NCBI GenBank assembly: GCA_012295275.1
Contig: CM022673.1
Span: 248,001 to 312,000 of the forward strand
Origin: Chrysomallon squamiferum
Lineage: Eukaryota > Animalia > Mollusca
Direction of reading: 5' to 3'
Length of the DNA stretch: 64,000 nt
Shown: positions 15,052 through 54,550 of the stretch, one piece after another
How positions within the stretch are numbered: the first letter of the stretch is position 1
How the letters are laid out: each line of letters opens with the position of its first letter
The notes under the pieces: model-generated
Told to the model about the DNA's origin: nothing
Seen by the model: the letters and a program-made list of their open reading frames with translations, nothing else
Databases searched by the model: none
Program-made: the position numbers and the translations under genes

Positions 15052-15682
15052 AATTGTGTCATATTTTTTAAATGTACAAGTATATATATACATATATAAA
15101 TATAAAATAAAACCCTGATGCAATGAAAAGCTGAAAGAAAAAATCCATTAGAAATTGAAACCATTTACGTGACGTTACTTCAAGATACGTGGTTTGACTT
15201 CTAATTTTCATTTACCAGATTAATCTAACCCGTAGGTTAGCTTTGCCATTTGTGAAATTTATTAATTTTGACACTGAGTAAAGTGAATTAGAGAAAGACA
15301 TTAGAACACACTTTACAAGAGTACGTGTTTTCTACTCTTATAACGTATCAGATAATGTTTTAATGCAGTAGAGCAGTGATGCGTAACATAAAATCTTTGA
15401 AAATAAATAAGCCGAATAATTAATATATTACTGGTTTAATATTTTTTTTCAAACGGAAAACGATTAAATGGGTAGTTCCCTCGAGATTTGTCCACAGTTC
15501 ATTTCGACATCAGTTCCAGTTATTTGTTTTGGGTGTTTTTTTTTTTTGATTTTTTTTTTTTTTTTTTTGGCATTCTTGTAGAATTAGTAATAATTGCAAT
15601 TTTCAGCTAAATGTCTTCAAAATTAATAATACATTTTTGCTTTCTGTTTGAAGATCTATTACACCAAAATATAATTATACAG

Positions 15683-15901
<219 letters not shown>

Positions 15902-16242
15902 GTATCCACGCCTAAAATACTCGTTACACCCCGACTAGGGGATGACAGCATTTCAGAATTAATAATTACAGATTACTGTTTAAATCGTAATGGTAAACTC
16001 CTGTTCTTAATCCACTATATAAACAACACATTAACAAATAGTAAAACTATACATATTCATTTCAAAAACAACTTTACTCACCCGGCATCCCGAGATAAAT
16101 TTACAATTTCCTCAAATAAAATAAATGTGGAATATGTGACTCAAGATAATCATTTAAACATTAAGTTTAGTCAACTATATCTCATACGTGCACGACGTTA
16201 ATGACGTAAGTTACGACGCATATTTACGTCATCATAAAAAGT

Positions 16243-16340
16243 GAGAAAACTATCTTACCAAATCCCGTTGCCAAACTCCTTTCACAGTAACAAAAGTTTT
16301 CAGATTCTCCACCTGTCACCTTCGCGCAGGTAAAAAGCAC
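16243..16340 (+). repeat. Dispersed ~95-bp element, copy 2
   Basis: GAGAAAACTATCTTACCAAATCCCGTTGCCAAACTCCTT...TCTCCACCTGTCACCTTCGCGCAGGTAAAAAG, similar to 14094-14185. Confidence 0.6.
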
Positions 16341-17192
16341 CACGAGTTAACTGTTCGTTATTTTCCCGTGAAAGGGTTTTACGGATGTTAACAGAATTTC
16401 TAAATTTATTTAGGAATTTAAATGCAATTTTTTATTGGTGTTAAGACGTACCTTTTATTTGTCATTGATTTATATCTACCATAATTTATTAATGGAGATA
16501 AGACAATTCTTAAGATTATATATTTAAATTATTAATTTAATATAATTATCTTTAGTTAATACTGAGAAAAGACACCCGGTTTTCTGTGTGTAGAACAAAA
16601 ACGAAACTATCTATCTTCGTTACAATATGAACACACAAACGTATAACATATGCAGAAAGTAACAAAAACAGCATCAAAAACGGCAAAAACATATAAATAC
16701 ACAAAAGTGTTAAAAACTGAAATATGAAAATACTCTGACAGATAAAAAAAAAAAAAAAAAAAGGAAAAATAAAAAATGGGCATGTTAACTTTAGTTCTTT
16801 ATGTGAAAGGTGGATGTGTGTTTGCACAAACATGCATGTACTTCTTGATGTATGCATACGAGTATATGCAGTTACGATACGTGTTATATGTATTTGTGTG
16901 CATGTATCTATGTTGTTGGTTATTTTGTATGTTTTTTTTTTTTTTTTTGTTTTCTTTTAAAACAAGACTGATCAACTTCCTATGGTCATCAAATTAGCTC
17001 AGACACATAAGTGTATATTTATGTATAAAATTAATACATTAATTAGTATTTACTGTCAAATTTCTCAACCAAAATAGCGAAATAACAACCATAATACACT
17101 CCCACATAGGCTACCAGGAACATACATATCAGTATCACTGATATTAATTCTTAAATAATATTTCATTAATCGGATGTATAATTATATCAGTT

Positions 17193-17196
<4 letters not shown>

Positions 17197-17268
<72 letters not shown>

Positions 17269-17273
17269 GAGAG
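17197..17273. repeat. (GA)n(GACA)n microsatellite
   Basis: Direct reading of the sequence. Confidence 0.95.
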
Positions 17274-18139
17274 TATTGGGGGGGATATAGCCGTCATATA
17301 ACAACAGTCACCTTTTCTCCATGAAGTAATGAGGTTTTGCGTTACTTTACATATATCGTTCATATCTGCGCTAAAGGATTTTGGATGCAGAAATTTGACA
17401 GTAACTACTAATTAGATGTTTTACAGTTGAATGTAATAGGAGAGAGAGAATTTCGTCTGAAATTACAGTCAAACTTGTTAGAACTACATCAATATCTTTT
17501 GATAATTATAAATATCTTGATAATTATAAATATATTATAATATATAAAGAAAGCAGAGACACAAACATATTCATCTTTCATATTCTGAAAAATATATCAG
17601 TTAGCAAAAATTCTATTTGGATGGAACCTAAGTTAAGAACTTTTCAAATTAAATGTATTTTATTAAAAAAAAAAAAATTGTATGCTGTAAAACTGCAGAT
17701 ATATTATACCTATGTGAATCTTTAATGAAAAATAGAAATGGTGTAAATATGTTTTGTTTAATTTCTAATTTTGCATCTTTAGTACTAATAAAGTATGACA
17801 AGATTTTTCCCTTTTATAAGACATCATTTGTATAGATAAAAGTTTACATTTCCATGTTGAATCTGATGTGATGGTTTTTTATTTTTTTTATTTTTTATCA
17901 AACTTTATTACTATAACTTGAAAATACTGTTTTTCTCTCTATAAATACTAAAGTTTATAAAACCCCACAAAATCTCTCTGGATGGAAATCATTTCAGTAT
18001 AAATTTCCCAAAATGCATAAAATTATCTACGTATTTTATATTATATGTTTCTCAAAAATGTTTAATTTCTAAGAAAACTTGCCTTTTTTTAATTTTTAAA
18101 ATTTCTTAGTTAGAGAGTATTTCTAAAATAATTAAATGA

Positions 18140-18170
<31 letters not shown>

Positions 18171-19289
18171 TTTTCTGATCTCAAATAACAAACAAGTTTT
18201 TTTAATTTTAAATAAATACTTTATAAACAACAAATTAAAAAACACAAAAAAAATTTAAAATTAAAATAATATTTCTTTATCACAGAAACAAATAATACAT
18301 ATAATATTATACATACATATTTGTTTATTTTTTTATATATTAAACTTGAAACAGGAATGTTAATGCAGATATGTCAAAATTATACATTAATAATGTTGTA
18401 AAATTAGTTCTGTATGCTATGAATGTCTTTGAATTACATTGACAATTATTATTAAACTTTAGAACAAACACTTTATAATCATTACTGAATATCATCACCA
18501 CGTAAATGTTAAATATGGACGGATTGCTTGTTAATACAACAGTTGTATAGAAACACACAAACACACAAAATTAATAAAAATAATTAAAAACAAAATTAAT
18601 TCTACACGCTGTTGAAATTATTTTTAGGAAAAATAAATGTTATAAAATTATCAAAATTTTATCCACTGAAACTAAAAGTAGCAAAACAATTTCTTCAGAG
18701 AATAAAACTTAACATTAAGATTATGAATAAAATTAAAACACACTCAAATTGTCATTGTAAAGAATAAAAACAAAACTTGCACATGATGAATGATGATTCT
18801 ACAATTACATGACAATTTGACTAGAGTTTTTTGTGATTCAGACAACTTCATCTGCCTGTTGTAATAACATATTAATTTATGTTCTTTATACCATCAAGTC
18901 CCAAAGAAGATGTTTTAAAATACACCTGTTAATAATGGCATAATGTCAGTGCCTACCAAAGAATTCTTTTTATTGTCGTCTACCAAAAATGTTTTCTAAC
19001 TAGAATAACCAAGTATCCTTTTGTTCAGTGAGTTTACAAAACATTTCCGATAAAAGAATATTTTCTGTTAGCAATAACTGAAGAACTACATTAACTGAAT
19101 CTAGTGAAGTAATTTTGTACCAATATCTACTGAAGAATGGTTTTACCAGTAAAGACATTTCAAACTAACACTTGGTTAAGGACTATCAAAGAAAAATTTC
19201 TACTAGGATTTACCAAAGAAGCTGTTTAACAGTGCTTAATTATTTGTGTTTCCAAGGAAACCTTTCAACCTGCTTTCAAGCCTTTTTAC

Positions 19290-19632
19290 CTAATCAAAGA
19301 AATCTTTTTACCATTATCTATCAAACAAGTCTTTTTACCATCATCTATCAAACAAGTATTTTTACCATCATCTATCAAACAAGTCTTTTAACCTTCATCT
19401 ATCAAACAAGTCCTTTAACCTTCATCTATCAAACAAGTCTTTTAACCTTCATCTATTCGAGAAATCCTTTTCCAAACATCAGCATCTATCATTCATTTTA
19501 CCAGCATCTATCAAAGAAATTCTTTTTATAAATATATATATATCAAAGAAACCTTTTTATAAGCTTCTATCAAAGAAACCATTTTACCAGCATCTATCAA
19601 AGAAACCATTTTACCAGCATCTATCAAAGACT
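19290..19632. repeat. 27-bp minisatellite, roughly a dozen variably degenerate copies
   Basis: Unit ~TCTTTTTACCATCATCTATCAAACAAG, with variants CCATTTTACCAGCATCTATCAAAGAAA. Fainter copies extend back towards 18950. Confidence 0.9.
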
Positions 19633-20560
19633 TTTTAGAAAATCACAGTAAATTATAACATACTCTTGAAAGGTTATGGCACATATTACAGCAGTGTATA
19701 GCATTTTTATGTGATTTATCACAATTGAATATGCTGATTATTCTAATTATCTGTTTTTGATTTCTTATAGTCAGTGGAATGTAATTTTGTATACAGATTC
19801 ATAAAAATGTTTTTAAAAAAATGTGGAAAATCGAGATAAGAAAAGAATATGGCGAATAAATATTTAAAATTTCCAAAACCAGATACAATGTAATTCATAT
19901 GATAGAAAAACAACAACAACTACTATAACAACAACATTGCACATTCCAGAAAATGACACAGAACATGTGAAATGTTAAATAAACACACCAGACATTATCA
20001 CATTTATCATTAATATAATATACATAGCAACAAACAAACATTTGATTTTAAATAGGATATAAATTCAGTTTGGACAATTGTATATTAATAATTTCAATAT
20101 TTATGTTTGATCATTAAACTATATTCTAGCACTGTTAATAATTTTTTTTTTAAAATAACATGAAAAATTATACTTTATATTGAAATTACTTATTAATATA
20201 AAAATAAATGCAAGAAAATAAAGTAAAGAAACAATTATTTAATTTTTGAAGAAAAAAATGTTCTCAACTTATGTGAAGTAAAAATAAAATTTTAACAATA
20301 AATTTTAATACTGTTGTAAATACAATAAATAAATAATTATTATTTCCAAATCAAAATGAATCTCTCATGTAAGTTTGATAATGTGTTTGACAAACAGTGT
20401 AATACTGACAATAATATACCAGTAAACATTTAGTGTAACTGACAATAAATTCTAAGAAAGACAAATAATTTGCTGAAAAAAAAAGAAGTAATCCCAAGTA
20501 AACTTTTAAAAATTAAAAAGATAATAATAATAATTAATAATATTACATAAAAAAATTCTA

Positions 20561-20594
<34 letters not shown>

Positions 20595-21274
20595 TATTTA
20601 TAAAATAAAAAATAATAGTCCATAAACAGAAAGTTTTGTTAATTCCTTCATAAAACGCAACCATGACCCAGTCTTTCTATACATTTTGTATATATGTTTA
20701 AAAAAAACCACTTGACCCTCCATTTAATGAACTTTTGTTTTGGCAAATTTCATAAAATGAGGACAAACTATGGGAAATACACAAATATTCTTGAATCTGT
20801 TGAAATCTGGACCCATACTATGCCTGCTCTGATCTTTATCTTAGAATATGCCAGACATTTTTAAATTATCCTAATTATATTCTGCAATTAGGGAAATTAT
20901 TATAGTCCCTCACATTATAAATAAATAATCAGAAATGTGGAAATAATTAGGAGCCAAGATACTGAGATGCTGTGTGATAAAAGTATAAATTTTCATTAAT
21001 TTCTTTTTCATTTTTTTTTTTTTTGTTTTCAATTCTCAAAATAGAGATTTGTATATTTTTAAACAATAAGAAAACATACCAGTGAAAATAAAATTCAAAT
21101 AACATCCACAGAAATTAACTACTGGAAGGATTAAAATTTCTGAGCTGCTATGGACAACTTAAGATTTTCTTCTTCTGAACAGCAACATCTGAAGCTTAAA
21201 CAGAAAGTCAAATTCTGTGCCAAACATTACATGTGAACCTCAACAGCTTAATTTATATTTAAACAAAACAATGT

Positions 21275-21500
21275 CTTTGACTGAGATTTCAGTCATGTTA
21301 GAATCAAAAGTATTTTATTTGATAACAAAGTTGCACTCACACAATTAACTAAATATTTCTTGACTGAGGTTTTAGTCACTTTACAGATAAAAGTATCGTC
21401 TGACAACACAGTAAATCTTAAAAATAATAAAAATAATAAAAATAATAAAAATCCATAATATTCTTTGACTGAGCTTTTAGTCACTTTACTGTTAAAAATA
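21275..21500. repeat. Three-copy ~85-105 bp tandem duplication just 3' of the KIF17 stop
   Basis: The core TTGACTGAG(A/G/C)TTT(C/T)AGTCA starts at 21277, 21360 and 21465, with similar downstream flanks. Confidence 0.8.
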
Positions 21501-21543
21501 ATGATAGTAAAATTAAAACCTTTCAGTCTTAAATAATAATAAT

Positions 21544-21585
<42 letters not shown>

Positions 21586-21714
21586 CATAATAATAACAGT
21601 AATAAGTACTGTAATGTTAATTTTTTGAGATTTCTGTTGCTTAACACACACACAAGCAGGCTGAGGAGACACATGATATAATACTTTTAAACAAAATTAT
21701 GCTAAAAAAAAATC

Positions 21715-34892
<13,178 letters not shown>

Positions 34893-35525
34893 TTTTGCTA
34901 AAACCAAAATTAAAGTTAGAAGATTTTTTTTTCTTCTTTTAATAACATAATGATAATTACAAATATAAATATAAGATCCATTTACAGTATTAAAATTATA
35001 TTAAAAAATACAAATGAAATTGCATGATTTTATTTTAACATAATATAAAAAAGATTAAATTTTTCTATGTAATATTTTGGTACATAATTTATGAAAATCC
35101 AACTATTATTTTGGAACTGTTAAGTTAAGCTATATAATACAGAAAAAGAAAACATCAATGAAATTTGTTATATAATTAGGTTACCTGTTTGAAATAAAAA
35201 ACGAATGCAATTCGCTGTGTAAAATAGGTTTATTTTCATTTTTTATTAAATACTTTTATTATTATTATTCATATATCCCTCGCAAAAATCATTACATGTT
35301 CACATTGTAATACTAATAGTAATACTATTACTATAACAATAAGACGCTTATTAAGAGGAAGAATATCACACACATACACACATAAATGTGAAAAATACGT
35401 TTGCAACAATCAAGAATATCAAACTAAAATATCACTTTCTCATGAATAAATTCTGATAATAAATTACCGGAAATTTTTTCAATTATTAAAATATCGAAAA
35501 TGTAATATGGGAACAGTATTTGACA

Positions 35526-35539
35526 GTTGTCTTGGGAAC
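35526..35539. promoter_or_regulatory. RFX-binding X-box upstream of KIF17
   Basis: GTTGTCTTGGGAAC matches the ciliary-gene X-box consensus RTHNYYWTRRNRAC at all 14 positions. It lies ~60 nt upstream of a candidate first-exon donor (35467). Confidence 0.6.
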
Positions 35540-36921
35540 GTATAAACTAAACGAAACATTAAATATTGATTTCAAAATACCTTTAAACAGTTATCTCTTA
35601 TTGAAGACGCCAGACAAACGTTATTATTTTAACAATACAAAGTTTTAGTCAATAGAAACACATGTCTGCGAAGATGCAGTGGTCCATTAATTCCTCAAAA
35701 AATTAAACATCAATCATCATCAACATCTCCAAACACCACCAAACTGGAATCCTTAACTTTTCTCTCATAAAAGATACGCTTCCTGAGACGATAAAAGAAA
35801 CGTTGTAGAACCAGTGTATGTATATTTCAAAGACTCTCTAAACAACTAAACTTATTTGGATTCCTCATCCATAACAAACATATTAATCGCTATAATTTTC
35901 ATCTATCGCTCTAAATTATTTTATAATATTTGGATAACTAGCCAGTATCAATTTAATAATGAATTGTAAATCCATATGAATATGTAGTGTTTACTATATG
36001 CTATAAGTTTTATAACTGCACTCATTTCTCATTTCATTACTCAGTCGGCTGAGTCGGTAATTAAATAAAAGTATAATTACGAAATTGACATAATTTATTT
36101 TACTAACATGTTCTGTATTTAAATATTATTATTAGGAACTTATGCCTTTAACTTAATCTGTATGTCCCTAATCCAGGTGATTTTATTAATGTACAGATCT
36201 TTAAAAAAGGATAGTACTTTTCCAAATCTAAGTTTGAAATCCCACCTTTTTTTTCTTTTTTTCCCCTTAAATTTCATTTGTATCACGTTAGTAGCACAGT
36301 ATCGCATAGACCGTAAAATACAGAACAACCCACAAGTTATATATCAAACATGTAATTTTCATGCAAATTTATTTTTCTTTTATTCATATAGATTGTACGT
36401 TGTAACGTACAAACATATAATTTATGTTTAAAAGTTCGATTTCTTAAAAATAAGATTTGTTCTTTCTCTCTTATTTGAGAGTAACTAATTACACCAATAT
36501 ACATACAAACAGCCGTATACACATACATACACATATATTATATACACGCATATATATGCATATATGTATTTTTAAAATAATAACATAACAAGTGCCTTTG
36601 AAAAAAAATTTGTCTGAAAGAAAATTAATATATGTTGAAATAAGATAACTGTTATATATTTGAACTGAAAATAAAAAATCAAATGACCATTTACATTCCT
36701 TTCCTTTTTCTTAACATTTTAAAATGTCAATGGTTTAACATTAATATATAATACTAATATATTAAGGATATAATTTTAAGAGAAAAAAAAAAATCAGTAA
36801 AACGACAATTATTTTGTAAAACTGACAGTTAATTTTGGAGCTTATAATTGGATCTATTCCTAGTGGGCACTCTCTCCGATGCTCCTTAAAATAAAGCGGA
36901 AATATTTCACAACAAGCAATC

Positions 36922-50414
<13,493 letters not shown>

Positions 50415-53400
50415 AACAGTGAATATTCTGGGATGTTTGAAAGTATTATGGTACAGACAGGAATGGCAGATGGCTGTTATCAAAGACTTTTTGTGTTTTA
50501 ACTTCTGTATGTGAAAACTGCAACCATGCTGCAATAGAGAGAGTTTCATTATGAGACATTACTGAATTGTGTTTAAATATCCAGTCAAACAGCTGAATGA
50601 AATAGTTAAATACAAAATGTTTAAATCTATAAATGAAAAACAAATGTAGACATTGAAACATTCATTATCAGTTGTCCTTGCTGCAGTTTGGAGTTAGGTT
50701 TCAGGAAAGATTAATAATAAAATTCATTCAAGTATCATGCAAGTTTTATAAAACAGTTAAGATATTTAAGAATTTTTTTTTTTATAATAAATGAGCTAAT
50801 GTTAAAGCAATACTTGTTGGATGTTTTCTTTAATTTTAAGTTCGTGGGATGACTTAGTTTGAATTTAGTGTAAACAGTACACACTTAAAACAAAATGAAA
50901 TGATTCAATTTTTTTTTTTTTAAACTGCCTCTTGACAAATATAACATTGACAACTGGTTTGTTTTCAGTATACTGAGGCATACTTAACTGTACTTTCACA
51001 TTCATACTTTTTGCTGACATAGTTAAATCAAGATATTTATTAAAAAAAACTGAAACAAAAAAAGTTTTGTTTTGCTTTCTGGGGATAATTTATGCTGATA
51101 TTATTTAAGACATGCAGTGTATAATGTATTTCTCAAAATACATTGAAATTATTTGATTATTTACTTGCATTCACTGTTATTGTGTGTTTTTCAAAAAATT
51201 GGGGAGAATGTGCAGCTTGTTTTCAAATTTCATGACTGTTCTAAAAAAGAAAAACTGTTAAAGGGGTTACATTAAATTACTGATTAATAATGTCAACTTC
51301 ATTAAACCCATTTATCTCATCAGTATTTTATTTTACAAATCATCAAATTAATCATAAAAATGAAATAGAAAAACAAACCAATCATACTAAAATAAAATTT
51401 ATTTGGTGACCCGCACCTATTTTTATAACAGTAAAATAAAATTTTATAAAAAAATTTCTTGCACCACTGAAACAGACAAAATGATGATAAACATTTTTTT
51501 TAAAATGTACATTTTACAGTTGAATACTTGATAAAGTGTGTGTGTGTGTGTGTGTGTGTGTAATAATAAAAGTGTTGATGAATCTATTACATTTGATAAT
51601 GGTGTTAATCTAATCTTTTCATGTTAATGATTTATTCAGGTTCCCTACTGGTGAATTTCTGAAAGCCTTATTAAATATTTAAAAGCAAAATATAAAATAT
51701 TTTAAAATTACCCTTCAGTGTAAATGAAAGTAAAAATAGGTATCACTTTTCATTTAAAAAGCAATATTTTAAAGCAATAACAAAATTTAAATACACACTT
51801 TTGGCCATTGCTTTTAAACTATTCAAGTGAAAGATACAAACAATTTATTATTTAATCTGTACAAAAAAAAAAAAAAAAAAAAAAAACAACACCAGTATTC
51901 AGTAAAGCAAAAATCTTTGGTTTGATAATTCAATGTTGTTAATATGACTTAATTTACAGTTTCAATTTGAAGTATGTTTTAAAAAAAATCATTAGTATGA
52001 TATATATATATATAAACAGTATTTTATTTTTTCATCCTCTTCCAATGCAGACATTGAAATTACGAATAATTTACAGAGATTTCTTGTACATTATTTTGGT
52101 TTCATTCACACAGTGCACAAATATATTATTCATCAAACAAGTTTACAATGAATTATTTCATGCAAAATTTATGTTATCTGTTTAAAGAAACAAGAAATAT
52201 TTTTAATGTTCATTAAATATTAAGAAATAAATAGCAGTTAACAAATTTCAATTAGACACAAATTGTAAAATTAATTTTTCATACAATATTTAATCTATAT
52301 CTTTTTAAATTATAAATGGGGGGGGAATCTTATTTATTATCATCATTTTATTTTTTTTAAATTATGTATATTAAATTATATATTATTTAAATAAAGTGCA
52401 TATACTTTCCAATTTGATTATTGATGAATCAGTTATTATAAATACTTATTAATAAATATGTTTTAATATTAATGGTTATTTGGCAGTTTAATAAAGTGGT
52501 ATTTTTCAAGCTTTAAACACAGACTCTATCAGACTCTATTAATTATTCTGTAAAATTACTGCCATTAAAAGTAATATCTTGAAGTGTTCATTTATACATC
52601 TTAAAGTAAATACATACAAATATGTGATGTGTGTAAAACCAAACAGATATTTTGTAAAAATTAGATTTCAGATGACAAAAAAATAATTGTTATTTTACCA
52701 AGATAATCAAAGCTAAATGCTGGGAATAATGTGTGTCACTCATATCTATATACATAAACATAACAATTGAACAAAAACAACACTACTTTAACATCTATGT
52801 AGAAAGGGCTATATCTTACACTGTAAATACATTTTTTTTCAAGAAAACATTGAACCTGTGTTTAATAATTTTGTTTTCATTTCTTCCAAAAAAAAAACAA
52901 GTACAAAAATTGATTAGATATCACAGTTTCTTACCTCATTTGAAAAAATAAAAAATAAAAAAATAAAAATAAACAAAAAATAAAAACAACTAACCCTCAC
53001 ATTCTGATTATTTCTGCAAGGATTACAAGACTTTTATATTAGGAATACAATACATAATTTCACGAAACTTGCTTCTTCAAACTGGAGAAATAAGCTATCA
53101 AATAAATATGGCTGAATAATAAAAGTTATAATTCTTTCAACAAAAGCATATTTTTCTGGGATATGTTTTTAAAATGCTTCAATAATTGATTCAAAAGAAA
53201 AATGGTTTTCTGAAATATTATTTTAAACAACAAAATGTTTTTGGAATTCTTTCAACAACATCTACTAATGAAAGACAATTGTCAACAAAAGCCAACAAAA
53301 TATTCATTGCTATTTATGACATAGAGTTTTATATCTAATCTATAAGAATCAATGTCTTTGAAAGAGTGGCATATGAAATACTTGAGTTCATTTGCCAACA

Positions 53401-54550
53401 AGTGAATTCTATGTATGCAGATCCATCATGACTGATGCTGAAGAGCTATTATTCAAGCAAAATTATGCAGAATGAGACCGCATATGACTATCTATATACA
53501 ATCCTGATATAGATACAATCACTGAGACTACGAAAACCAACACAATGACAACCAAAGTAAGAAGGCTCACGGATGCCTTTATTGTTGAGTCAAAGGCCAC
53601 CAATATGCCAGCCTATTACAAGAATGGTACACTCACAGCACAATGCCAAATTTCAGGGTGTTTAATGATGAAAAATCACCAAAAAATTTTTTCCAGTCAA
53701 GACCACAGATCACCAGTAAGAATGGTCAGAGATGTCTACACCCACATTTTCAAGTGGTGGCAGGTATGAAAAAAATAAATGGGTGATTTTTGGACATCCA
53801 CACAATTTTCTGTGATGGGAAACTTGTTTTCATTCAGAGGAAAAATGGTATTTATACTGTTAATAAAATTGCCTTGGTACTAAAGCCTGAATAAAGCAAT
53901 ATAATAGTGTTGAGACAATTTTTGTAGGACTCAAAAAGGCATAGAAATTACAGTGTATATTGTGGTCGGACTTTGAGAGAAGCAGCACTGCAGCAGTTGA
54001 ATATCAGTGGAAAGCACCCATGAAATGATGTCTGCATTCATGGAAACGGCCAGAAATCACACTGGGAATATGTCAGGACAAAACGACCCTTATGACTTTT
54101 GAAGTCTATGATTTTAATATGCCAAAATATTTTTAGTGAGCTTGGGAACAGAACTACTGTCATGAAATATTCAAAATAGTTAAGTTGTTTGAAATTTGAA
54201 AACCCTAGGTCAGTGTATGAAGAAATGCCAGATAACAAAAAAATTGATTTAGTTTTTATTTCAGTTTGTCAAAAAAACTGTCAAATATTTCATGTGTCAC
54301 TCTTCTAAAGCCTTTGATACTTACAGATTAATATAAAACTAACAGCAATTAGAATGAATATAAACATTACTTTAGTCATTCTGAACAACTTGTCAGCTCT
54401 TGTTAGATCTTAGTGGGTCCCCTTTAAACTTTGTAAATGTATTCTTCAGCAATATAATGGTGTTCCAGGGGATTTTGAAAAATAGAATATACTTTTTTGA
54501 GGTTCCTTCAGCAAGGTCTATCAGAATATTATTTTAAACATAATACACTT

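Noticed and set aside
19172-19531. 119-aa ORF with TIIYQTSLF repeats; superficially CRISPR-like periodicity
   Set aside because: It is a head-to-tail 27-bp minisatellite with no unique spacers, in a eukaryotic genome.
53545-54238. Short ORFs between the PSMD2 and SH2-gene 3' ends
   Set aside because: No domain similarity or coherent exon chain; likely UTR or intergenic sequence.
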